Source: an uncultured Rivularia sp. | GTDB taxonomy: Bacteria; Cyanobacteriota; Cyanobacteriia; Cyanobacteriales; Nostocaceae | DNA length: 64,000 nt | Reading direction: 5' to 3' | NCBI GenBank assembly: GCA_963665115.1 | Contig: OY762007.1 | Span: 6,080,001-6,144,000 of the forward strand | Shown here: in pieces, positions 11,802 to 24,247 of the stretch | How the letters are laid out: each line of letters opens with the position of its first letter | How positions within the stretch are numbered: the stretch's first letter is position 1 | Translations under genes and position numbers: made by a program | The notes under the pieces: model-generated | The model's input: only the letters and a program-made list of their open reading frames with translations | What the model was told of the DNA's origin: nothing | The model's database searches: none

Positions 11802-11865
11802 ATTTATTAAGGATTATTGTACGCAGAGTATATTTTTTCGGGATTTGCTAACAAAGTTGGTACGT

Positions 11866-14800
11866 TTAGCAAATATTAATATTTTTACTATTTATTATTT
11901 CTCCCATTGAGACAACTATTTTACGTTGTCCTGTATAGGGGTTTCTGCCGTGAGCAGCCAGCATATTATCTAACATAATTACATCATTCTGCTGCCAAGA
12001 AAAGCTAGTTTTTGATTGCTGATATACTGTATTGATTTCGGTAATTTCTTCTTCTGCAATTACTGTACCATCTCCAAAGTAAACATTACGAGGTAGCTTT
12101 GACTCTCCAAATATAGATAAAAGCGATTCTTGTACTTCTGTATCTAAATAGGAGATATGGTGTAATTGAATTTGGTTGAAAAAGACAGATTCGCTAGTTC
12201 TAGGATGTACTGCTAAGGCTGGACGAATTTGTCGAGTAACTAATCCATCATTACTATACCATTCAAATTCAATTCCTGCTTGGCGACAGTAATTTTCTAC
12301 TTCGCTTTTATCTGTAGTTTGAAAGAAATTTTGCCAACTAACATCTAATTTTTCAGCGTAGTTTCTCACGTACATTAGCTGTTTGGTAGCTAGTTTTTCT
12401 CGTAATTGAGGGCTTAGTAGTTGATAAGCTTTTCGACAGTCTATAATTGGAGTTTCTCCACCTAACATAGCAGGTTGAACGCAGTAAAACCAAATTTTTA
12501 AAGGAAAACAATGTAAATGGGAACTTTCATTATGGAAAAGTATAGTTTTATCTGCTGGATAAGGTGTAGAGCCATATACTTTGCCACCTTCACCTATGCG
12601 AGGTAAGTCGCCATATTCGGCAAATAAATCGGGACAAATAGCTTGGGCGAAATTTTCAAATTCTGATACTGATTTTATGTTAAAACCTCTAAATAAAATC
12701 GCTCCATGTTTTAATAATTGTTTTTCAAGATATTCTCGGTTATTCTCAGACCAAGAGATTGAATCAAATTCTACACTATTAGGTTGAATTACGAGAGGAA
12801 ATTTTTGCTCATCTGTTAGATAATTTGTTTTAATCAATTTATCTAATGACAAATTAACAGCTTTAGGAGCAATACTCATAAATTTTTGTCTTTTAGCTGC
12901 TTTACGTTTCTGTTGTTGCATAATTTGTTGCGCTTTTTCTGCTTCCGTAAACATTTCCAATGTATTGATATGGCTTTGAGGTTGGCTAACAATGCTATTG
13001 ATTAATGTTTTCCAGTGATTAGTTAAGCGAGTGATAGTATCAGCAGCAAATAAATCGGCGTTATATTGCCATTCACCTTCTATACCTTGCTCGGTTTCTT
13101 TAATAAATAGAGCTAAATCAAATCTGGCTATTTTGCTTTCTACTTCTATTGGTTCTAAAATAAGTCCTGGTAATTCTAGCGCTGAAGTTGGTGTATTTTG
13201 CAAGACAAATAACACCTGAAATAATGGAGCCTTGTTGCTTAAGTGACGCTCGGGTTTTAATTCTCTAACTAACTCGTCAAAGGGTAAATCTTGATGAGCA
13301 TAAGCTGATAATGTCTGAGTACGAACTCTTTCTAATAACTCTGGGAAGGTAGGATTTCCGCTTAAGTCAGTGCGTAAAACTAACAAGTTAACAAAGAATC
13401 CGATTAATTGTTCAATTTCTGCTTGATTCCGGTTCGCAACATCTGTTCCAACAACAATATCATCTTGATAACTATAGCGCTGTAATAAAATTTTGAAACT
13501 CGCTAGCAGTGTCATGAATAAAGTTACACCTGCTTGTTGGGAAAGCGATCGCAATTCCTGCATCACCTCATTAGGTATCAAAAATGTGTGACTAGCACCC
13601 CGGTTCGTTTTTACTTCTGCACGGGGACAAGTTGTAGGTAGCTGCAATACAGGTAGATTTGCTAATTGCTGCTTCCAGTAAGTAAGTAAACTTTCTAATC
13701 TTTCACCTTGCAAATGTTGACGTTGCCAAACTGCAAAGTCTGCATACTGGATAGATAATTCTGAGAGTGGAGAAGCTTTCTGGGCAGAAAAGGCTTTATA
13801 TAATGCTGCTAACTCCTTTATTAATACACCGATTGACCAACCATCAAAAACTATATGGTGGATAGTAAACAGTAAAATATGTTCTTGTTCACCCAGTTTC
13901 CAAGAGAGTGCATCTGAGTAAGGGAGCTTGGTTAAAATCAAAGGGACGTTGAAATTCTTTTGCACTCAAACTGTTAATTTCCGCTTCTCGTTCGACTTCC
14001 GTCAAATTCCCTAAATTAACTACAGGTATTTTTAGCTGCACGTTGGGAATTATTACCTGTACAGGTTGCCCATCAACTAAAACAAAAGTAGTACGTAAAG
14101 CCTCGTGACGATGAATAATTTGGTTAATGCTTTCTTTTAAAACTTTTATATTTAAATTACCCGTAAGGCGAACCATTGCGGGCATATTGTAAATATAGCT
14201 ACCAGGGTTTAGCTGTTCTAGTAACCATAATCTAGCTTGAGCAAAAGATAGAGGTAAATTGCCATCACCAGGGACAGGCATAATTGCAGAAATACTCTTG
14301 GTGCTTACTTGCTCAATCTCTTTAGCGAGTTCTGCTATTTTTGGGAATTTAAATAGATGCTGAAGAGGTATATCCACCTCCAAGGTTTTGCGAATACGCG
14401 AAATAACTTGAGTTGCTAATAAAGAATGTCCCCCTAGTTCAAAGAAGTTATCGTAAATACCAACTTGGGAAATGTCCAGAACTTGAGTCCAAATTCCGGC
14501 TAGTACTTCTTCTACTGGATTACGGGGAGCAACAAAAGTGCTTTCTAATTCTCTGTTAGCATCTTTTAATAGAGGTAGTGCTTTACGGTCAACCTTACCA
14601 TTGGGTGTAAGTGGCAGTGCCTCTAGGGTGATAAAAGCTGTTGGCACCATGTAGTTTGGTAGCTTTGACTCAGAGAAACTACGTAGTTCATGAGTTACCA
14701 GTGTTTGTTCTTTTTCAGAAACTACATAGGCGACTATTTGTTGAGAATCAACCTCATCTTCCCTGACTACAACTACTGTTTCTCGTACTGCGGGGTATTG

Positions 14801-17800
14801 GCTAATTACTGATTCAATTTCTCCAAGTTCAATGCGGAAACCACGTACCTTAACCTGGTTATCAATCCGACCAATGTACTCTATATCTCCACTCGGCAGA
14901 TAACGTGCTAAATCCCCGGTTTTATACAGACGTGTTGCTTCTGTACTAAAGGGATTAGGGATAAATTTCTCCGCACTTAAATCGGGACGTTTGAAGTAGT
15001 CTCTTGCAAGTCCTTCCCCACCAATACACAACTCACCCGTTACACCTACAGGAACTAATTGACTGTACTGGTCTAGAATATAAAGTTGCGTGTTCGCAAT
15101 CGGATTACTAATCGGTATTGTCTTACTATCAGTTTTAATCTCAGATGCTGCCGACCAAATAGTGGTTTCCGTCGGACCATACATATTCCACAGACAATCA
15201 CACCTTTGTAATAATTGACTGGCTAAGTTAGCAGGTAAAGCTTCGCCACCACAGAGAATTTTTAATTGAGGATTACCATCCCAACTAGCTGCCAAAAGTA
15301 GCTGCCATGTTGCTGGCGTGGCTTGCATGACTGTAGCTTTTGAGTCTATAAGTAAGGCTGATAACTGCATTCCATCGGAGACAATTCCCTGACTTGCGAC
15401 TACCAAGCGAGCGCCTACAATGATTGGTAAGAAAAGCTCTAATGCGGCAATATCAAACGAATAAGTAGTTACTGCTAGTAATGTGTCCTCCGATGTTAAC
15501 CCTGGGGCTTGCTTGATCGAGTACAAAAAGTTATTTAAAGCACTGTGGGGAATTTGTACACCTTTTGGCTTACCTGTAGAACCGGAAGTATAGATGGTAT
15601 AAGCTAGGTTATCAGTAGTTAGTTCAGAAGGCAAATTTTCCTGGCTTTGTTGTGCAATTGCCTCGTAATCATCATCTAAATAAATGACTTGAGCTTTATG
15701 TTGCGGTATTGTTTCTATAAACGAGGCTTGAGTTAGTAATACTGGCGCTTGAGTATCTTCTAGTATAAAACTTATGCGTTCTTGAGGATAGTTTGGGTCT
15801 AACGGTACATATGCACCACCTGCTTTGAGGATGGCTAATAATCCGATGACCATATCAAGGGAGCGCTCTACACAAATCCCCACCAATACCTCTGGTTTTA
15901 CTCCCATTGAGCGCAGATGATGCGCTAGTTGATTGGCTTTGGCGTTTAATTCGCAGTAGGTTAATTGTTGGTCTTCAAATACTACTGCTACCGATAGGGG
16001 AGTTTTTTCTACCTGTACTTCAAATAATTCGTGGATACATTTATCTTGAGGATAGTCAACTAAAGTATCATTCCACTCCCGCAGCAATTGATGCTGCTCA
16101 GATTCTACTAACAATGGTAACTCTGACAAACGTTGTTTTGGATTAGCAACAATCCCTTTGAGCAACGTTTGCAAATGAGCAGCCATTCTTTGTATAGAAC
16201 TTTCTTCAAATAAATCAATATTGTATTCTAAGCTTCCAACCAAACCCGACTCGGTTTCTGTCATATATAGGGTTAAATCAAACTTAGAAGTATCACTATC
16301 ATCTTCCAAGGGAGTTAAAGTCAAACCAGGTAACTCTAAAGCCGATATCGGCGTATTCTGAAGTACAAACATCACTTGAAATAGTGGTGCATGACTTAAA
16401 TCTCGTTGTGGTTGTAGTCGCTCAACTAACAACTCAAAAGGTAAATCTTGATGTGCATAAGCTCCTAGTGTAACCTCTCGCACCCGCAAGAGGAACTCTT
16501 CAAAACTTGGATTTCCTCCTAAGTTAGTTCGCAACACCAAGGTATTGACAAAAAATCCAATTAACCCCTCAATTTCTGCTCGATTACGATTAGCAATCGG
16601 TGAGCCAACTACAATATCTTCAACGGCTGTATAACGCCATAGCAGTGTTTGGAATCCTGCTAACAGGGTCATAAATAATGTAGTTCCCTGCTGCTGGCTT
16701 AACTTATTTAAAGCTGCGGATAATTCTTTTGATAATTCAAATGAATAATTCGCACCACGGTAAGTTTGAATTGCTGATCTTGGGTGGTCTGTGGGTAATT
16801 CTAATACTTTTGGTGCGTTTTCTAACTGTTTGAGCCAATAAGATATCTGAGTTTCGAGTACTTCTCCTTGCAGCCATTGTCGTTGCCAAGCTGCAAAGTC
16901 TACATACTGTACTGGTAGTTCTGCTTTTGAAGTGGGTTCTTCATTACAGAAGTTAGAATAAAGTGAAGAAAATTCTTGTATTAATACACTTATTGACCAA
17001 CCGTCAGAGACGATATGGTGCATGGTTAGTAGTACTATGTGTTCTTGCTCACCAAGATGTAAGATTTTTATTCTCAGTAGATGGTCGCTACTGATGTCAA
17101 AAGGTTGTTGTGCTTCTTGTGTAGCTTGTTGTTTTACTTCGGCTTGTTGTTGAAAGGCTGACAAGGAGCTAATATCTAGTATTGATAATAATGTTAAAGG
17201 CTTTTCTTCGGAGATAACAGCTACTGCTTGCCCTTCTATTGAAAGGAAATTGGTTCTAAGCGCTTCATGACGGCGTACAATTTCGTTGAAGCTTTGTTGT
17301 AGTGCTTCTATATTTAATTTTCCTTCTAAACGAACAGCAGCAGGAATGTTGTAGAATGCGCTGTCTGGTTCTAATTGAGCTAAAAACCACAGTCGCTGTT
17401 GAGCAAATGATAGTGGTAATTGTTGGGTTCGTGGAATCCGCTCAATACCCGTCGCTTCAACTGGTGAATCTAACTTAATCACTTTATCAATTTCTTTTGC
17501 TAACCCAGCTATCGTTGGTTTTTCAAATAAACAACGTAAAGGCAAGTCTATTTGAAATACTTGCCGGATTTGAGAAATTACACGAGTTGCAATTAAGGAA
17601 TGTCCTCCTAATTCAAAGAAGTTATTATCAATACCTACTTCTTCTATACTAAGTATTTCTGCCCAAATACCCGCTAATAAATTCTCGATTGGTGTGGAAG
17701 CAGGGACTATATTAGATGATGCTATTTGTGTTAATTCAGGTACAGGTAATGCTTTGCGATCAACCTTACCATTAGGTGTTAATGGTAGTGCCTCTAATGT

Positions 17801-20800
17801 CACAAAAGCTGTTGGTACCATGTAGTTTGGTAGCTTTGACTCTAAAAAACTACGTAGTTTAGCAATTGCCAGTGTTTGCTCTTGTTGAGCAACTACATAA
17901 GCAACAATTTGTTGAGAATCTACTGAATCTTCCCTTACTACAACTACCGTTTCTCGTACTGCTGGGTGTTGGCTAACAATTGCTTCAATTTCTCCGAGTT
18001 CGATACGAAAACCACGTATCTTGACCTGGTTATCAATCCGACCAATGTAATCTATATCTCCACTGGGCAGATAACGTGCTAAATCCCCGGTTTTATATAG
18101 ACGCGCCGTTGATTCATTACTAAAGGGATTAGGGATAAATTTCTCTGCACTTAAATCGGGACGGTTGAAGTAGCCTCTTGCAAGTCCTTCGCCACCGATA
18201 CACAACTCACCCGCTACACCCACAGGAACTAGTTGACTGTATTGGTCCAAGATATAAAGTTGGGTATTGGCAATCGGATTACTAATCGGTATTATCTTAC
18301 TATCAGTTTTAATCTGGGATGCTGCCGACCAAATAGTGGTTTCTGTCGGACCGTACATATTCCATAAAGAGTTACATCTCTCAAGTAACTGAAAAGCCAA
18401 ATGTCTTGGTAAAGCTTCGCCACCGCAGAGAATTTTTAATTGAGGATTACCATCCCAACCTGCTAACACAAGTAACTGCCATGTTGCTGGTGTGGCTTGC
18501 ATGACTGTAGCTTTTGAATCTATAAGTAAGGCTGATAACTGAGTTCCATCTGAGGCAATTTCCCGACTTGCAACTACTAAGCGAGCGCCGACAATGATTG
18601 GTAAGAATAGTTCTAATGCGGCAATATCAAAGGAATAGGTAGTTACTGCTAGTAATATGTCATCAGATGTTAATCCTGGCTCTTGCTTCATCGAGTACAA
18701 AAAGTTACTCAAGGCACTGTGGGGAATTTGTACGCCTTTAGGTTTACCTGTGGAACCAGAAGTATAGATGATATAAGCGAGATTATCAGTAGTAGCTAGC
18801 GCACATAAATTTTCTTGGCTTTGTTGGGCTATCAGATGCCAATCACTATCTAAACAAACTACTTGAGCTTTGTGTTGCGGTATTCCCTCCAGAAGCGACG
18901 CTTTAGTCAGCAATACCTGCGCTTGAGTATCTTCTAGTATAAATTGTAATCTTTCCTTGGGATAGCTAGGGTCTAGAGGTATATATGCACCACTTGCTTT
19001 GAGTATAGCTAATAGTCCGATGACCATTTCGAGCGAGCGCTCTATACAAATCCCTACCAGTACTTCTGGTTTTACTCCGTGCGATCGCAAGTGATGTGCT
19101 AATTGATTTGCTCTTTTGTTTAGTTCGCAGTAGGTTAATTGTTGGTCTTCAAATACTACAGCCACCGTATTTGGTGTTCTTTCTACCTGAGCTTCAAATA
19201 ATTCATGGATACATTTATCTTTGGGATGATCAACTTTTGTATCATTCCACTCTCGTAGCAATTTATGCTGCTCAGATTCGGTTAAAAATGGTAACTCTGA
19301 CAAACGCTGTTGTGGATTAGCAACAATTCCTTCAAGCAACGTTTGCAAATGACTCACCATTCTTTGTATCGTATTTACCTCAAATAAATCGGTATTGTAT
19401 TCTAAGTTTCCAACCAACCCCTCCAATGTTTCTGTCATATATAAGGTTAAATCAAACTTAGAAGTATCACTATCGCCTTCCAAGGGAGTTAAAGTCAAAC
19501 CAGGCAACTCTAAAGCGGAGATTGGAGCATTCTGAAGCACAAACATCACTTGAAATAGTGGCGCATGACTTAAAGAACGCTGTGGTTGTAATCGCTCAAC
19601 TAACAACTCAAAAGGCAAATCCTGATGTGCATAAGCTCCTAATGCTACCTCTCGCACCCGTTTTAATAGCTCTTCAAAACTGGGATTTCCTCCTAAGTTA
19701 GTTCTCAACACTAGGGTATTGACAAAAAATCCAATTAACCCTTCAAGTTCTGCTCGATTACGGTTAGCGATCGGTGAACCAACTACAATATCTTCTTGGG
19801 CTGTATAACGCCATAGCAGTGTTTGGAATCCTGCTAATAGGGTCATAAATAATGTACTTCCCTGCTGCTGACTTAATTTATTTAAAGCTGTGGATAATTC
19901 TTTTGATAACTTAAATGAATAGGTCGCACCCCGGTAAGTTTGAATTGCTGGTCTTGGGTGGTCTGTAGGTAATTCTAATACTTTTGGTGCCCCTTCTAAC
20001 TGCTTGAGCCAATATGATACCTGAGTTTTTAATACAACTCCAAGCAGCCATTGTCGTTGCCAAGCTGCAAAATCTACATACTGTATTGGTAGTTCTGCTG
20101 AGGTAAGGGGTTCTCTATTACAGAGTTGAGAATAAAATGTTGCTAATTCTTCTACTAATACACCTACTGACCAACCGTCAGAGACTATGTGGTGCATGGT
20201 TAGTAGTACTATGTGTTCTTGTGTGCCAAGACGTAATAATTTTACTCTTAGTAGATTGTCACTTTTGATGTCAAAGGGTTCTTGTGCTTCTTGTGCAACT
20301 TGTTGTTTTACTTGGGCTTCTTGTTGCCAAGCACTCAATGAGCTGATATCTAGGATTGATAATGTTAAAGGTTTTTCTTCGGAGATGGAAGCTACTGCTT
20401 GCCCTTCTATTGTTTGAAAATTAGTTCTGAGCGCTTCATGACGGCGTACAATTTCATTGAAGCTTTGTTGTAATGCTTCTACATTTAATTCTCCTTGTAA
20501 CCGGACAGCCCCAGGAATATTGTAGAACGGGCTATCTGGTTCTAATTGAGCTAAAAACCACAGTCGTTGTTGGGCAAATGACAGTGGTAATTGTCGCGAA
20601 CGTGGAATCCGCTCAATACTCGTTGCTTCAACTGGTGAATCTAACTTACTCGCTTTTTCTATTTCTTTTGCTAGTCCTGCAATTGTTGGTTTTTCAAATA
20701 AATAGCGTAAAGGAAATTCTATTTGAAATACTTTTCGGATTTGAGAAATCACACGAGTTGCAATTAAGGAATGTCCTCCTAATTCAAAGAAGTTGTTATC

Positions 20801-23800
20801 TATACCTACTTTTTCTATACCAAGTACTTCTGTCCAAATACCCACTAATAAATTCTCAATTGGCGTGGAAGCAGGGACTATATTAGATGATGATGCTTGT
20901 GTTAATTCAGGTACAGGTAGTGCTTTGCGGTCAACTTTACCATTAGGTGTTAGGGGTAATTCCTCTAATGTGACGAAAGCTGTTGGCACCATGTAGTTTG
21001 GTAACTTTGATTCTAAAAATTCCCGTAGTTCGGTAATTGCCAGTGTTTGTTCAAGATGAGCAACTACATAAGCGACTATTTGTTGAGAATCTACCTTATC
21101 TTTCCTTACTACAACTACAGTTTCTCGTACTGCTGGGTATTGGCTTATTACTGCCTCAATTTCTCCCAATTCAATGCGGAAACCGCGTATTTTTACTTGA
21201 TTATCAATACGACCAATGTAATCTATATCTCCACTGGGCAGATAGCGTGCTAAGTCCCCAGTTTTATACAGACGTGTTGCTTGTGTACTAAAGGGATTGG
21301 GGATAAATTTCTCCGCACTCAAGTCAGGACGGTTTAAGTAACCCCTAGCTACTCCTACACCACCAATATAAACTTCACCCGCTACACCCATCGGAACAGG
21401 TTTAAGATATTTATCAAGTATGTAAATTTGAATATTGGCAATTGGTTGACCAATGGGAACTGTATTTTGGTCACTAAGATTATCTTTTTTACACTGCCAA
21501 TAAGTGACATCTACAGCAGCTTCTGTCGGACCGTAAAGATTATGTAGTTGAGCATTAAGTCGATTGAAAAACCGTTCTTGCAGTTGGGCTGGTAAAGCCT
21601 CACCACTTGCAATTACTCGCACTAGAGATTGGCATTTTTCTAAACCTTCTACCTCCAGAAATACTTGCAACATTGACGGCACAAAATGTAAAGTCGTAAT
21701 TCGCTGCTTTCTAATTAAATTAACTAGGTAGCTGGGGTCTCGATGACCTTCTGGTTGAGCTACTACTAAACGCGCACCCGTAATTAACGTCCAGAAAAAC
21801 TCCCACACTGATACGTCAAAACTGAAGGGAGTTTTCTGTAAAACAGCATCTGCTGACGTTAATTGGTAAGTATCTTGCATCCACAATAAGCGATTACAAA
21901 TACCATTATGGCTATTCATCGCACCTTTGGGCTTACCTGTGGAACCGGAAGTGTAAATTACGTAAGCAAGGCTATCAATTGTGGTATTGGATACAGGATT
22001 TTCTGTGCTTTCCGAAGCGATTTGTTCCCAGTCACTATCAATGCAAATTACTTGAGCTTGATGAGAAGGTAGGCTTTCTAATAAGTATTGTTGTGTTAGT
22101 AATACGCTTGGTTGCGAGTCTTCTAACATATAAGCCAAGCGTTCTTGAGGATAGTTAGGGTCTAGGGGTACATATGCACCACCTGCTTTGGGGATGGCTA
22201 ATAGTCCAATGACCATATCAAGGGAGCGCTCTACACAGATCCCCACTAATACCTCTGGTTTTACTCCCAGTAAGCGCAAATGATGTGCTAGTTGATTGGC
22301 TTTAGCGTTTAATTCGCGGTAGGTTAATTGTTGGTCTTCAAAAACTACTGCGATTGCATTACTGATTTTCTCTACCTGCGCTTCAAATAATTCATGTATA
22401 CATTTATCTTGGCAGCAATCAGTAGTTGTATTATTCCAATTAACTAAAAGAGTTTGACGCTCAGCTTCTGTTAATAGCGGCAATTCCGATAAACGCTTCT
22501 TTGGTTGGGAAACAATACCCTCAAGCAAATTAGTAAAATGCCCTACCATTCTCTCAATGGTTGAGGCATCAAACAAATCTGTGTTGTACTCCCACCATCC
22601 CCAAAGTTCTGGCTTTGAATCCACCAAATTTAACGTTAAATCAAATTTTGCTGTTCCATTGTGGTTCTCAAGCCACTTTAGAGTTAGATCGGGTAGTACT
22701 AAATCTTTTTTAGTATCTTCTTGCAAAGCAAAAGTTACTTGAAACAATGGGGTATGACTGAGATTTCGTTCAGGGTGTAGTTCTGCCACCAATCGTTCAA
22801 AAGGTAGCTCTGCATGGGCATAAGCTTCTACACATACTTCGCGCACTCTACTCAGTAATTCTAAAAAGCTTGGGTTTCCAGAAAGGTCAGTACGAAGCGC
22901 AAGGGTGTTTACAAAAAAACCGATTAACCCTTCAATATCACCGTGGTTCCGATTAGCAATTGGAGAACCAATACAGATGTCTTCTTGACTTGTATAGCGG
23001 TACAATTGTACTTTAAATGCTGTTAACAAGGTCATAAATAAACTAACACCTTGTTGGTTGCTCAAAGTCCTCAGTTGATCGCTCAAGTGTGATGATAGCT
23101 TAAAAAATTTAGCTGCTCCTTTAAAACTTTGTACTGGAGGTCGCTGATGGTCTATTGGCAAAGATAAAGTGGTTGGAGGATCTGCAAGTTGTTGCTTCCA
23201 ATATGAAAGTTGAGTTTTTTCTCGTTCCCCTTGTAACCATTGACGCTGCCAAATCGAATAGTCTGCATATTGAATGGATAGCTCTGCAAGTGGAGAAGAT
23301 GTTTCAGCCGAAAAAGCTTCGTATATCGCTGCTAATTCTTTATTTAGCACTTGTATTGACCATCCGTCGCAAATAATGTGGTGGAGGACTAACAAAAGTA
23401 TATATTTATGTTCGCCAGTATGTAATAACTTCACCCGCAGCAAAGGAGTGGATGTTAAGTCGAAAGACTTGTGAGCAATTTCAGCAGTTAAGCGCTCAAT
23501 TTCAGCATCTTGCAATGCTTGTGGTAAGTCACTCAAGTTCACCACTGGCAATCTTATACTTAACGTGGGATGAATTACTTGAACTGGTTGCTCGTCTAAA
23601 GTTTCAAAAGAAGTACGTAGAGATTCATGACGTTTTACAATTTCATTAAAACTCTTCTCTAATGCTGCAAAATTCAGAATACCTTTTAGCTGTATACAAG
23701 CAAATTCGTTGTAGACAGAACTTTGAGGTTCTAATTGTTGAAGAAACCATAGTCGCTGCTGGGGTGCGGACAAAGGAACTGGACTTTGCTGAGTACGACG

Positions 23801-23929
23801 AGGAATTACTATTTGTTTAGTATCGGACTGATGCTCACCACGTAAGCGCTTTTCTAAAATTGCTCGTTTAGCAGGTGAGAGATTAGAACGTCGTTTAATA
23901 ATTTCATCTGTTTTACTTTGCATAATCAT
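11866..23929 (-). CDS. NRPS: C-A[Ser]-T-C-A[Gly]-T-C-A[Gly]-T-C-TauD; the two track ORFs are joined across a +1 frameshift at about 13900
   Basis: Removing one base at 13900-13901 gives APLLRCTLLKLGEQEHILLFTIHHIVFDG, an intact C domain. Ser code (FDVSVWEFF, TLHFVPSML), two Gly codes, C-terminal TauD (LFHNESSH...LDNMLAAHGR). Confidence 0.93.
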
Positions 23930-24247
23930 ATTTCTATAAATTTATCAACCTTTGTTACAAATAACTAAATCAATTACCTTAAAATTTACATATAATAATG
24001 GTGCAGCTTGAATTCGAGTTAAATCATTTTCAAAAATAACTGAACTACAATTCTTCTCAGTTTCCTTGAAATCAGCTAATTTAGAAGAACTACACATTAT
24101 TTTACTACGATTATTTAATACTATCTCTGCCAAAAAATGAATCTTACTTCTTTACGCTAGACTCCTTAACATATTGAAAATAAATTATTTCTACTAATAT
24201 CATATTGTTCTCATCCTTATCTTTGAAACAAAGTTTTATATTATATC

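Noticed and set aside
23945..24133. 62-aa ORF between PKS and NRPS as an MbtH-like protein
   Set aside because: It lacks the conserved Trp/SxWP MbtH motifs; probably non-coding.
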